A stretch of 64,000 bases of DNA from an uncultured Arenicella sp. (GCA_938048185.1 CALIVT010000011.1:42882-106881); one strand, 5' to 3'; positions 9,378 through 19,408 are shown, numbered from the stretch's first letter. The notes: generated by a model not told the origin, from the sequence alone. Program-made: numbers and translations.

Positions 9378-9527
9378 ATTTCGTGCCTAGCCCCAGATAT
9401 AAACCCAAATAACCGCTTGAATAACTGCGCAACCTCACCGGCGTAAGGTTTTGCTCTATTTACTCGATTGTGTGTTATAGATCGCCGACTCAGTGTCCAG
9501 ATTGCGACATTTACTTACACAGTCAAA

Positions 9528-10112
9528 TCAATTTTCACCATATCTGGCACGCTGTTCGGCATCCAGTGCCTTAGGGACGGCAAACACGCGCTGAAGCAGC
9601 GGTTTAAAAAACGCCAGGGGCTCAGAGTCATACTCTGGGTCAAAGCAGTTTTGATCGTATTCATGGCAGAATTTGACTGCGCTGTCGTAGTATCGGTGAT
9701 CCTTAAATTGATCCCGTGCATTGCGATCTCCACCGCAATGGTGCGCGTAGTAATACATCTGAAAAAGGCCGTGGTGTTTTATAACCCAATACACCTCGTC
9801 ACTGACGAAGGGTCGGAGTACCGCGGCGGCCATCTCGCTGTGTGAATACGTGGCCAGCTCATCGCCAATGTCATGCAATAGTGCTGCGGCGACCCATTCA
9901 TCGGACTCGCCCGCTCGGTGAGCACGCGTAGCCGCCTGCAAGACATGCTCTAAACGCGATATTTTGTAGCCCGATAGCGTTTCCTCTAGTGCCGCGAGCG
10001 CGGTCAATAAGCGCTGCGGAAGATCGAGCTTGTACTGGTCTTCGAGTTGGTCAAGGTAAGCGTAATCCTCAGCCGTGCCATCCTGCATTTTTGTAAAGCT
10101 GACTTTTTTCAT
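9528..10112 (-). CDS. HD-domain metalloprotein, probable diiron oxygenase (MIOX/PhnZ/TmpB superfamily)
   Basis: Ligand pattern LEH...LLHDIGD...YSHS...KHHG...YDQNCFDP. ATGA overlap with the upstream dioxygenase. Confidence 0.8.
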   Translation of the reverse strand: MKKVSFTKMQDGTAEDYAYLDQLEDQYKLDLPQRLLTALAALEETLSGYKISRLEHVLQAATRAHRAGESDEWVAAALLHDIGDELATYSHSEMAAAVLRPFVSDEVYWVIKHHGLFQMYYYAHHCGGDRNARDQFKDHRYYDSAVKFCHEYDQNCFDPEYDSEPLAFFKPLLQRVFAVPKALDAEQRARYGEN

Positions 10113-11233
10113 TTTTTCATTAGCATGCGTAACCGACTCAAGACATCATCATAGTCCATATATGAGAGTTGCAAGTGGCGACCACCGCTATCGGCGTCAT
10201 AGGCATTGCGACCGTGCATAACACGCAAATTGTTGGTCGCCATAATATCGCCGGTGTTGAGACGAAACTGCACCTTATTCTCGGGCGCTTCAACCAACGT
10301 ACCCAGTTTGCGATAGGCTCGGTAAAATGCATCCATTTGCTCAGGCGCAATGTTCGCTGGCTGCGCCAGTTGGTTTGAAAAGCGAAAGACTTTCAAGTTG
10401 CCATTAACATCGAGTGTGAGCAGTGGGTTACTGTTAATAATGTCACCGCGATCGCTAAACATGCGGAACCGAACCGGTGTGCTCGATAGTATCTTGAACG
10501 CGTCGGGGTCTCGCTCTTGCAATTGTCGAACCACCATCGCGCCATCGACTGCAGTGCTCTCGCCACCCACGCTATCATTTTGCAAAAAATGAAACATCTG
10601 TACGCCGGGCGGATTATTGTAGTTTGGCATGTCAGTATGCGGCTTTAACTCTAGGGTAGTGGAAGCAACGTTATACGCATTGTACTCACCGGGTGTCGCA
10701 CGCACGTTGTGCAAACGGTCGTAGATGGTCTCGCGTACACAGCCAACATGCTCAGCAAAGCGTTCAATTTCTCCTTCGTTACTCGGCGCGCCACGAATGA
10801 TGGTCAAGCCATAGTCGCGTATCGACTCACACCATGCGCGCAAGGCAGCGTCGCTCTGATACAGCTCACGGTACTGAAAGGTGGGAATACTGCTCTCGAA
10901 TTCTCTACCCCATACTCTCGGCATGAAACCCGATGTCGCGGGGTCGTCTGTAAACGAACCCTGACTGTAATCATGCTGGCTCAACCAGCTTAAGTCGTAA
11001 ACGCTCACATGGTTGGATTGATTCCACCGCACTTTAAGTTTTTGTTCATCAAGCGATGCAGAGCTCGCGGCGATATCAAGTGGAATATCGGCACTGACTA
11101 GAATACGTTCCTTGGTATCGGAGTGGCAGCACTCGTTGCAGTTGCAATTGTCACGCAACCAGACGTAATGAAACTCAGCCTCAGGATTAGAGTCAAGAGG
11201 AAGCTGCAAAGTCGATGCATTCAAATTAACCAT
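10109..11233 (-). CDS. Gamma-butyrobetaine/trimethyllysine hydroxylase-like Fe(II)/2OG dioxygenase (TauD family)
   Basis: N-terminal WLRDNCNCNEC...HVSVY Zn-site pattern (C30, C32, C35, H75), HTD iron motif (LKPHTDMPNY), distal NLRVMHGRNAY. Confidence 0.9.
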   Translation of the reverse strand: MVNLNASTLQLPLDSNPEAEFHYVWLRDNCNCNECCHSDTKERILVSADIPLDIAASSASLDEQKLKVRWNQSNHVSVYDLSWLSQHDYSQGSFTDDPATSGFMPRVWGREFESSIPTFQYRELYQSDAALRAWCESIRDYGLTIIRGAPSNEGEIERFAEHVGCVRETIYDRLHNVRATPGEYNAYNVASTTLELKPHTDMPNYNNPPGVQMFHFLQNDSVGGESTAVDGAMVVRQLQERDPDAFKILSSTPVRFRMFSDRGDIINSNPLLTLDVNGNLKVFRFSNQLAQPANIAPEQMDAFYRAYRKLGTLVEAPENKVQFRLNTGDIMATNNLRVMHGRNAYDADSGGRHLQLSYMDYDDVLSRLRMLMKK

Positions 11234-11379
11234 AGCGACAAATCGATAAGCCGTTGATGATCATCTGAGAATACCCCCAGCTTTAGCCGGAAAACATCAC
11301 CAACGCGACCCGCTATGCTTGGAATGCGTCACTAATTAAACCCAATCGTGCACGCTCTACTTACCTATCCAAGCCCAGA

Positions 11380-12315
11380 CTAGTCGGCCTCGTCTAAAAG
11401 CAAATTAATAACCGGTGGCAAGCGACCTCCGTTTTCAGGGTTGCTTGGCGGTGTCGGCGGACTGGGAGGCGCGACCACTAAAGGCTCAGCCAAAAGGTTC
11501 ATTACTTCGCGCAATATAGCGGTATTTGCTTGTTCTTCGATATCTGATCCAGGTCCATCGTTCCACATCGGTTGCCGGTCAAACATAACGATAATATCTC
11601 CCTGCTCGACCCGGCGACGCGCAAGCGCAGCAAAATTCGGATTTGCAATAGTTAGCCCCTGACGCTGGTCAACGTCGTTGGTATAGGGAATCAGTATCTC
11701 AACATCGGCGTTCGCTGGCGCAATAGCGACCGGCGATACACCCTCACCTTCGATAACTAAATTCCGAATAGCCGCAATGGATGCAGAATTAGCCGCTGTG
11801 GCAGCGCGCACACCGTCAGCTTGATCAACCGTCACTTGCATACCGTATTGACGAATCAAATTATTAGTGACATTTTGACCAATCGGGTTTTGCGCCCCAC
11901 CAGGAACCTGGCGAAAGGAACCGCCCGACGCCGAATCACTGTAGATAAACATGCCACCACCGGCCTTCAACCAAAGGTCGAGTGCAGACCTCTCAGCAGA
12001 CGACCAAATCTTTTGATGTAAACCAAATATCACGGCATCATAGTTATTTAAAAAATCTGAGTTCAAACTAACGCTGGTATCTCTGAACTGAACAAGGCTA
12101 TGACCTTGGCTTTCCATCAAAAGCTTGAATTTCGACAAACCCTTATCACCAGAATCGGTGATAAGCATCTGATCAAAAGGGTTTCCTTCACCCTCGTCCA
12201 GGACTGTGCCATTGGCCGCAACGCGTCCATGGATGTACGCGATATCACCGGCCAGAAGCCCGCTCGATTGAAGCGTGCTACTCAGCAACACAAAACCTAA
12301 AATTATATATTTCAT
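11380..12315 (-). CDS. Secreted protein with a class I glutamine-amidotransferase-like/DUF4350-like domain, Pro-rich linker and hydrophobic-acidic C-terminal tag
   Basis: Signal peptide MKYIILGFVLLSSTLQSSGLLA; YDAVIFG...LDLWLKAGGGMFIYSD; C-terminus APPSPPTPPSNPENGGRLPPVINLLLDEAD. Confidence 0.65.
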   Translation of the reverse strand: MKYIILGFVLLSSTLQSSGLLAGDIAYIHGRVAANGTVLDEGEGNPFDQMLITDSGDKGLSKFKLLMESQGHSLVQFRDTSVSLNSDFLNNYDAVIFGLHQKIWSSAERSALDLWLKAGGGMFIYSDSASGGSFRQVPGGAQNPIGQNVTNNLIRQYGMQVTVDQADGVRAATAANSASIAAIRNLVIEGEGVSPVAIAPANADVEILIPYTNDVDQRQGLTIANPNFAALARRRVEQGDIIVMFDRQPMWNDGPGSDIEEQANTAILREVMNLLAEPLVVAPPSPPTPPSNPENGGRLPPVINLLLDEAD

Positions 12316-12404
12316 ACTATGCTCGATTTAACACCACCCAAGCACGCGACTCGTACGACTAAGATAGTGGCAAAAAAACAGGTGGTGGCCAAAAAAACGA
12401 GTAT

Positions 12405-14990
12405 CTAGTGTTGGCTCGCTTTTTGGAAGCTGATTGAGCTATCTTTAACCGTAACCATAACCACATCGCCACCAATAAAGTCACCGGCCAGCAAGTGATG
12501 TGCCAGCGGGTTTTCAAGTAAGTCTTGGATACTGCGCTTAAGCGGTCGCGCTCCATACACGGGGTCAAACCCGGCGTCGGCAACTAAATCTAGAGCCGCA
12601 TCACTGACATCCAATTTGATGTCCTGCTTGAGCAAGCGCTTAATTAAAATTTTCATTTGTATACTGGCAATTTTTCTAACTTGATCTTTTGCTAACGCAT
12701 GAAATACCACGATATCATCAACACGATTAATGAATTCAGGCCGAAAATGCGCGGTCACGCTTTCCATTACTGCGGCTTTCATTACAGCGTAGTCGCCTTC
12801 AAGCTCATGCACTCGTTGCGAACCAAGGTTTGAGGTCATGATGATTACGCAGTTTTTAAAATCCACCGTTCGACCTTGACCATCAGTGAGGCGACCATCG
12901 TCCAACACCTGTAAAAGGATATTAAAGACATCTGGGTGCGCCTTCTCGACTTCGTCTAGTAGAATCACAGAATACGGCTTGCGGCGTACGGCCTCGGTCA
13001 GATACCCGCCCTCTTCATAACCAACGTAGCCTGGGGGCGCACCGATTAAGCGCGCGACTGAATGCTTCTCCATAAATTCTGACATGTCGATGCGAACCAT
13101 GGCTTCGTCAGTATCAAACATAAACTCGGCGAGCGCTTTGGTTAACTCAGTTTTACCGACGCCCGTTGGGCCGAGAAACATGAACGAGCCCGAAGGTCGA
13201 TTCGGGTCAGACAAGCCAGCACGAGAGCGACGAATAGCGTCGGATACGGCCGTGATCGCTTCGTTCTGACCGATAACTCGCTTGTGCAGATTCTCTTCCA
13301 TTTGTAACAGCTTGTCGCGTTCACCCTGCAACATCTTAGAAACCGGAATGCCTGTCCATGCAGCGACCACATCGGCAATCTCTTCTTCTGTTACGTTGCT
13401 GCGCAACAACTGGTTTTCAGCGCCATTTTGCTCGTTGCTTTGGGCTTTGGTGAGTTGTTTCTCCAGCTCTGGAATCACCGCATATTGCAGCTCAGACATC
13501 TTTGCCAAGTTACCTGCACGCTGCGCCATTTCCATTTCAATACGCGCGGCTTCGAGTTCTTCTTTGATGTGTTGAACACCATGAACCGCCGACTTTTCGG
13601 CCATCCATATTTCGTTTAACTCACCAAACTCTCGCTCTAATTCGGCAATTTCACTTTCGAGTTTTTGCAGACGTTTCTTAGAGGCATCATCGCTCTCTTT
13701 AATCAGCGCCTCGCGCTCGATCTTACGGCGAATAATTCGACGCTCGAGCTTGTCCATCGATTCAGGTTTAGAATCAATTTCCATACGAATACGACTGGCG
13801 GCTTCATCGATTAAGTCAATCGCTTTATCGGGCAAGTTACGGTCGGCAATATACCGGTGTGACAAGGTAGCCGCCGAGATAATCGCCGGGTCGGTAATAT
13901 CCACGCCATGGTGCACCTCGTACTTTTCTTTCAAACCACGAAGAATGGCGATGGTGTCTTCTACACTGGGCTCGTCCACTATTATTTTTTGAAAGCGTCG
14001 TTCCAGTGCGGCATCTTTCTCAATAAACTGACGATACTCGTCGAGTGTTGTTGCACCAACGCAATGCAATTCACCGCGTGCAAGCGCGGGCTTCAGCATG
14101 TTACCCGCGTCCATAGCGCCTTCGGCTTTACCGGCACCGACCATGGTGTGAATTTCATCGATAAACAAAATGACTTGCCCTTCTTGCTTCGATAAATCCT
14201 TGAGCACTGCTTTTAGTCGCTCTTCGAACTCGCCTCGAAACTTGGCACCCGCAATCAAAGACCCTAGATCCAGCGATAACAGGCGTTTACTTTTTATGCC
14301 CTCAGGGACTTCGCCGTTGACAATCCGTTGCGCCAAGCCTTCGACAATCGCCGTTTTACCCACACCGGGCTCGCCGATTATGACCGGGTTATTTTTGGTG
14401 CGACGTTGTAAAACCTGAATGGTGCGGCGTATCTCATCATCGCGACCAATGACCGGGTCGAGCTTACCTTCCTCGGCGCGCGCGGTTACGTCGATCGTAT
14501 ACTTCTCGAGAGCCTGCATGTTGTCTTCGGCATTCGCATCGTCGACGTTTGCACCGCCGCGCACCGCCTCAACAGCTTTGTTCAAAGACTCTAATGTAGC
14601 GCCCGCTTCACGCAGAAGCACGCCCGCTGTATCTTTATCTTTAACTAGGGCCAGCAAAAATAGATCGCTGGAAATAAACGAATCACCCCGCTCTTGAGCG
14701 AGCTTATCGGCGACATTAATAAGGCGCGCGGTTTGTTGAGACAAGTGCACTTCGCCGGCCTGCCCTTGTACCTGAGGCATTTCGTTTAAGGTTTTATCTA
14801 ATAGGTCGCTCAAGGCTTTATCTTGCACCCCAACTCGCGCTAATAATGGGCGGACGCTACCACCTTCTTGTTGAAACATAGCGGCCAAGACGTGGGTAGG
14901 CTCAATAAATTGGTGGTCTTTGCCCACCGCCATACTTTGCGCGTCGGCTAAGGCGAGCTGAAATTTTGATGTTAACTTGTCCATTCTCAT
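12405..14990 (-). CDS. clpB: ATP-dependent chaperone ClpB
   Basis: 861 aa. Two AAA modules ([16 protein letters not shown]), [13 protein letters not shown], coiled-coil middle domain, [13 protein letters not shown]. Confidence 0.98.
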   Translation of the reverse strand: MRMDKLTSKFQLALADAQSMAVGKDHQFIEPTHVLAAMFQQEGGSVRPLLARVGVQDKALSDLLDKTLNEMPQVQGQAGEVHLSQQTARLINVADKLAQERGDSFISSDLFLLALVKDKDTAGVLLREAGATLESLNKAVEAVRGGANVDDANAEDNMQALEKYTIDVTARAEEGKLDPVIGRDDEIRRTIQVLQRRTKNNPVIIGEPGVGKTAIVEGLAQRIVNGEVPEGIKSKRLLSLDLGSLIAGAKFRGEFEERLKAVLKDLSKQEGQVILFIDEIHTMVGAGKAEGAMDAGNMLKPALARGELHCVGATTLDEYRQFIEKDAALERRFQKIIVDEPSVEDTIAILRGLKEKYEVHHGVDITDPAIISAATLSHRYIADRNLPDKAIDLIDEAASRIRMEIDSKPESMDKLERRIIRRKIEREALIKESDDASKKRLQKLESEIAELEREFGELNEIWMAEKSAVHGVQHIKEELEAARIEMEMAQRAGNLAKMSELQYAVIPELEKQLTKAQSNEQNGAENQLLRSNVTEEEIADVVAAWTGIPVSKMLQGERDKLLQMEENLHKRVIGQNEAITAVSDAIRRSRAGLSDPNRPSGSFMFLGPTGVGKTELTKALAEFMFDTDEAMVRIDMSEFMEKHSVARLIGAPPGYVGYEEGGYLTEAVRRKPYSVILLDEVEKAHPDVFNILLQVLDDGRLTDGQGRTVDFKNCVIIMTSNLGSQRVHELEGDYAVMKAAVMESVTAHFRPEFINRVDDIVVFHALAKDQVRKIASIQMKILIKRLLKQDIKLDVSDAALDLVADAGFDPVYGARPLKRSIQDLLENPLAHHLLAGDFIGGDVVMVTVKDSSISFQKASQH

Positions 14991-15041
14991 TACGATTACC
15001 TCGAAGGCATGAGTTTTCTCTACTGTAATATACTTAACTAT

Positions 15042-15069
15042 ATTTAGGGCAGCTTACTCGAAAAGCAAG
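15042..15069 (-). promoter_or_regulatory. Possible sigma-32 promoter of clpB
   Basis: Minus strand CTTGCT-N14-CCCTAAAT resembles the RpoH consensus CTTGAA-N13-17-CCCCATNT and lies about 50 nt before the clpB ATG. Confidence 0.35.
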
Positions 15070-15156
15070 CACGGAATTTGTCGGTAATTCCAGCTTTCTG
15101 CTATTCTGGCGCTTAAGCTCAACACCCTAATCTAGCAACCTTGCTGAGAGTACGTC

Positions 15157-16017
15157 ATGTCACACCCACTGCCTCGAAAAAAAGTCATCAAACGCCTTGT
15201 CAAAAACTGCCTGCGCGAAGACATCGGCAGCGGCGACGTCACCGCACGCTTAACGCCGAAGAAAAGTGAGGTTGACGGTAAGATCATTAGTCGAGAACAA
15301 GGGGTTATCTGCGGCGTCGCCTGGGTAGACGAGGTATTTAAGCGTATAGGCCAGCGACATAAGACCACCATTGAGGTTGACTGGAAAATAAAAGACGGCG
15401 ACATAGTCGAACCCGATCAAACCCTATGCCGCTTCGAAGGCTATGCACACCCGATTCTTTCTGGCGAGCGCACTGCGCTGAATATTATGCAAACCTTGTC
15501 GGGCACCGCGACTGTCACGCGTCAATATGCGGATGCCATAGCCCACACCAAAGCGCGCCTGCTCGACACCCGCAAAACACTACCGATGATGCGCGAAGCG
15601 CAAAAATACGCCGTGCTATGCGGCGGCGGCGTGAACCATCGCATGGGCTTGTACGACGGCATTATCATTAAAGAAAACCATTTACGCAGTGGCAAAAGCC
15701 TAGAACGAATTGTTACCGACGCAATTGCGTCGATGCCCGAAGGCGCGCTAGTAGAACTGGAAGTCGAAACAATCGAGGAGCTTGAACGCGGGCTACACGC
15801 AGGTGCAAAACGAATTATGCTGGACGATTTCAGTATGGACGATATGCGCCTTGCGGTTGAACTCACCGGCGAGCAAGCAGACCTTGAAGCCTCTGGTAAC
15901 GTCAATATCAAAACCATTGCCGCAATTGCCGAAACCGGCGTCGATTTTATCTCATCTGGGGCGATTACTAAGCACGTGCGCGCGCTGGATTTATCCATGT
16001 TGTTTGATTATCGCTAG
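15157..16017 (+). CDS. nadC: Nicotinate-nucleotide pyrophosphorylase (carboxylating)
   Basis: EDIGSGDVT, ERTALN, LLDTRKTLP, NHRMGLYD, IKENH, IMLDDF, EASGN, ISSGAITK. Confidence 0.97.
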   Translation: MSHPLPRKKVIKRLVKNCLREDIGSGDVTARLTPKKSEVDGKIISREQGVICGVAWVDEVFKRIGQRHKTTIEVDWKIKDGDIVEPDQTLCRFEGYAHPILSGERTALNIMQTLSGTATVTRQYADAIAHTKARLLDTRKTLPMMREAQKYAVLCGGGVNHRMGLYDGIIIKENHLRSGKSLERIVTDAIASMPEGALVELEVETIEELERGLHAGAKRIMLDDFSMDDMRLAVELTGEQADLEASGNVNIKTIAAIAETGVDFISSGAITKHVRALDLSMLFDYR

Positions 16018-16062
16018 CTTACGATTGTTACAGGCTTGCGCAGCTTGGCTTGTGGCAACAGC

Positions 16063-17820
16063 ATGAGCAGAACAAACGTACCGCGCCCCCTGATGAACTG
16101 TAGTGCAGCACTTCGACTATTTATTTTTTGTCTGCTCGCGAGCAGCCTAGCGGCCTGCCATACTGAATCGGGCGGTACAATATACGTCGCCAAGGAAATT
16201 ATCACTATGGACCCCACGCAGCCACGTGCTACTAGCGTGTTTGTTCGAAATGGCCGAATAGAAAAACTAGGCAATAGCGACGACTTACAATCAAGCTACC
16301 CCGATGCAACGCTCGACGTCAGTTTACAAACCAAGGTTTTAACTCCCGGCTTTATCGACCCGCATGTGCATATGATTATGGGGGCCATTATTTACGCTCT
16401 ACCATTCGTGCCGCCTTGGGATATGGAAACCCCAAAAGGCCTAGTCAAAGGTTTAGCAAACAAAGAAGCACTGATCGCACGTCTACAAGAAATCGAAAAA
16501 AGTATGGACGGCGATACGCCTCTTATCGCGTACGGATATCACAATCTAGTTCACGGAGACCTAACACGGCACGATCTCGATTTAGTATCTAAATCACGGC
16601 CGGTACTTATTTGGCATTACTCAGGTCATGACTTTTATTTAAACTCCGCAGCCCTAGACTGGGCCGGGGTTGATAAGTCGTGGCAAGCGCAGTACGAAGG
16701 CGTGGCCTTGGGCGATGATGGCGAGCCAAATGGGCGTCTTTACGAAGACGCACCGAGGGCGTTATTTGGAAAAATGGCGATTCATTTACTGACGCCAGGA
16801 AATATTGAACAAGGCTTCTCGGGCTTCGAATCGATGCTAGCGAAAGCCGGTGTCACCACGGTCGCAGAATTGGGTTATGGCCTATTTGGAAAACGAATGG
16901 AAGACGCCTACTACTTTTTGGAGTACACCAAAAGCGACCCTTATCATTTATATTTGGTGCCAGAACATCGAGCGTTTAGTAACGCCTTCGGCGATGACGC
17001 GGTTGCGAAAGTACAATCGATGGCCGCAGATACTTTCGAACGCGGTACGCCAAAGGTGTTACCGCAAGTGAAATTCTTCACCGATGCGGCATTTTATTCA
17101 CAAACGATGCGGCTAACCGAACCCGGTTACCTTGAGGGCCAATCGGCCGGCACAGTCGGCCTTTGGGCCACGCCACCGGGCGCACTATTAGAGCAAATCA
17201 GGCCGTATTGGGAAGCAGGTTTAGACATTCACATACACTCCAATGGCGATGCCGCGCAGCAAGTGACTTTAGAAACAATGCGCGCTCTGAGAAAAGAAAC
17301 ACCGTCCGTGAGTCAACGCTTCGTTGTCGAACACGCCGGCCTCTTAAAGCCTGAACACATTCAGTCTATTGCCGACCTGGGCGGCGGAGTGTCAGCCGCA
17401 AGCCACTATGTGCATTACATGGGCGAACAATACCGTTCAGTCATTGGCGAACGCGTAAAATTCATGACGCCGCTAGCGTCTTCTATGCGAGCGAATATTC
17501 CGACCACACTACACTCGGACGCACCCTTGGCACCACCATACCCGTTGCAAGCCGCCTCGGTCCACATGACCAGGTCAACGCGCCAAGGAACGCCCTCGAC
17601 ACCAACCGAGGCGCTAACTCGATATAAAGCGCTAAAGGCAATAACAATTGATGCAGCATGGTCGTTAGGCTTGGAAAACGATATTGGTTCAATCAGCGTG
17701 GGCAAGCGCGCCAACTTTTCAGTGCTTGATGCAAACCCGCTAAATACAGAACCCGAACGCTGGCCAGACATAGCTGTTTGGGGGGTAGTGCTAGACGGTG
17801 TTAGTCAACCACTTAGATAG
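16063..17820 (+). CDS. Amidohydrolase_3 (YtcJ-like) metal-dependent hydrolase, predicted lipoprotein
   Basis: PGFIDPHVH, HIHSNGD, VEHA, LHSDAP, GSISVGKRANF, lipobox-like SLAAC. Start uncertain (16036, 16063 or 16093). Confidence 0.85.
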   Translation: MSRTNVPRPLMNCSAALRLFIFCLLASSLAACHTESGGTIYVAKEIITMDPTQPRATSVFVRNGRIEKLGNSDDLQSSYPDATLDVSLQTKVLTPGFIDPHVHMIMGAIIYALPFVPPWDMETPKGLVKGLANKEALIARLQEIEKSMDGDTPLIAYGYHNLVHGDLTRHDLDLVSKSRPVLIWHYSGHDFYLNSAALDWAGVDKSWQAQYEGVALGDDGEPNGRLYEDAPRALFGKMAIHLLTPGNIEQGFSGFESMLAKAGVTTVAELGYGLFGKRMEDAYYFLEYTKSDPYHLYLVPEHRAFSNAFGDDAVAKVQSMAADTFERGTPKVLPQVKFFTDAAFYSQTMRLTEPGYLEGQSAGTVGLWATPPGALLEQIRPYWEAGLDIHIHSNGDAAQQVTLETMRALRKETPSVSQRFVVEHAGLLKPEHIQSIADLGGGVSAASHYVHYMGEQYRSVIGERVKFMTPLASSMRANIPTTLHSDAPLAPPYPLQAASVHMTRSTRQGTPSTPTEALTRYKALKAITIDAAWSLGLENDIGSISVGKRANFSVLDANPLNTEPERWPDIAVWGVVLDGVSQPLR

Positions 17821-18286
17821 CCGTCACGTCGTTAGAAAACAGCCGTCGCGGTTTAATTAATGACGACTTAACGATAGACGTGTTGGTCTCGGCATAGTTG
17901 TGGAATATTTCCAGTAACTCATCTAGTTCCTCGATGCTTTTCAGTACTAATTTTGCGACATAACAATCGTCCCCCGTCACTCTATCGCACGAAATAAAGC
18001 GTGGTTGAGACACAATCATAGCCTCTACCTGCTTAAGCTTACCGGGCCGAGGCTTAATTCTAACGATCGCCTCCAATTCATAGCCCAAAGCCGCGAGGTC
18101 TACCTCAATGGTAAAGCGTACTAGAATGCCTTTATCCTCCAAGCGACGGACGCGCTCGGTAACACTGGGTGCCGACATTGATACTCGTTGGGCTAATTTA
18201 CTCAAGCTGATTCGTCCATCGCTCGTGAGTATGGTTAATATCTGCTGGTCCACGCCATCGAGTAGCATTTTATTATCTAATGCCAT
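17813..18286 (-). CDS. Lrp/AsnC family transcriptional regulator
   Basis: LDGVDQQILTILTSDGRISLSKLAQRVSMSAPSVTERVRRLE helix-turn-helix; RVTGDDCYVAK. Confidence 0.93.
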   Translation of the reverse strand: MALDNKMLLDGVDQQILTILTSDGRISLSKLAQRVSMSAPSVTERVRRLEDKGILVRFTIEVDLAALGYELEAIVRIKPRPGKLKQVEAMIVSQPRFISCDRVTGDDCYVAKLVLKSIEELDELLEIFHNYAETNTSIVKSSLIKPRRLFSNDVTAI

Positions 18287-18408
18287 AACTTGTTTTAACC
18301 TTTTATATTAAGGGATAATTCAATAATTTTTGAATTATACATATTAACCACTGCCATTTTGGCTAATATCATTACACTTCAATCTTTAAATGAAATCTAA
18401 GGTAAAAC

Positions 18409-19245
18409 ATGAACGTAATTAAAATGGCCGCGTTTGCTGATGGGCAAGCAGGCGGAAACCCTGCTGGAGTGGTACTGGGAGAGACCCTACCGACTGCGGA
18501 AGAAATGCAAACGATAGCCGCCGACGTCGGCTTTTCAGAAACCGTGTTTGCCGCGAAGCAAGCGGATCAAGCAAGCTGGCGGGTACGATATTTTTCACCA
18601 GAATCTGAAGTTCCGTTTTGCGGACACGCGACCATTGCCCTTGGTGCCGCATTGGCGAAAGCTCACGGAGACGGGGCGTTTAACCTCATCTTGAATGACG
18701 CCAATATCTCAGTTAATGGCAAACGCGAAGGACATAACTATATCGCCGTACTGCAATCGCCAGCCACTCGTTATACGCTGATCAACGACACAGAGATAGA
18801 CGCAACACTATCGCTATTTGACTATCGACGAAGCCAGCTATCTCATGCAATAGCCCCTGCTCGAATCCACGCAGGGGCTGATCACTACTTAATAGTTTTA
18901 AAGTCTCGTTCAGATTTAGCTGCTATGGCGTATGACCTTAACGCTGGTCGTGACTTCATGAGGGCAAGGAATTTAGTCACCATTATGTTCGCTTTTGCGG
19001 AGTCTGATCATATTTTTCACGTTAGAAACGCCTTCGCATCGGGCGGCGTGCTCGAAGACCCTGCCACTGGTGCCGCCGCAGCCGCCTTTAGTGCTTACCT
19101 AAGAGACTCTGGCTCGACAGCACAAAATAAAATAGAAATCGTTCAAGGAGAAGATATGGGTGCTCGCTCGCTAATTACCGCCGAATTTGATTCTGTAACT
19201 TCGAGCTCAATCCGAGTTTCCGGTGCCACACGAGACCTGAGCTAA
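18409..19245 (+). CDS. PhzF-family isomerase/epimerase
   Basis: AAF..GGNPAGVV, FSETVF, RYFSPESEVPFCGHATIA, EDPATGAAA, QGEDMG. Confidence 0.92.
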   Translation: MNVIKMAAFADGQAGGNPAGVVLGETLPTAEEMQTIAADVGFSETVFAAKQADQASWRVRYFSPESEVPFCGHATIALGAALAKAHGDGAFNLILNDANISVNGKREGHNYIAVLQSPATRYTLINDTEIDATLSLFDYRRSQLSHAIAPARIHAGADHYLIVLKSRSDLAAMAYDLNAGRDFMRARNLVTIMFAFAESDHIFHVRNAFASGGVLEDPATGAAAAAFSAYLRDSGSTAQNKIEIVQGEDMGARSLITAEFDSVTSSSIRVSGATRDLS

Positions 19246-19408
19246 TTGCCAAGCTTTCAGTTGTGATACATAAAACCGGCGTATCTGAACTAACCAGTCT
19301 GTCTACAAACCTCAATAGAACCAACCTCTGTTCACACTATTTAACAACACCGAAGCCGGCCGTTTGTTAGGCTGAATTGCACCTAAATTGAGATTAATGG
19401 AGAACAAC

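Noticed and set aside
9501-9512. GCGACA-type motif upstream of the corrinoid gene (similar words near 8655 and 11237) as a betaine-regulator box
   Set aside because: Only 5-6 matching bases, two of the three sit in the RBS zone, and no cognate regulator is in the window. Not distinguishable from chance.
11234-11379. Cobalamin riboswitch ahead of the corrinoid cluster (also checked 9378-9527 and 1421-1492)
   Set aside because: No B12-box or other conserved cobalamin-riboswitch elements seen, and the spacers are short.
12367-12397. clpB terminator
   Set aside because: Two GTGGC(C)A7C direct repeats give T-tracts on the minus strand but no convincing hairpin.
18409-19245. Phenazine biosynthesis
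   Set aside because: A lone PhzF-fold gene with no phzA/B/D/E/G neighbours.
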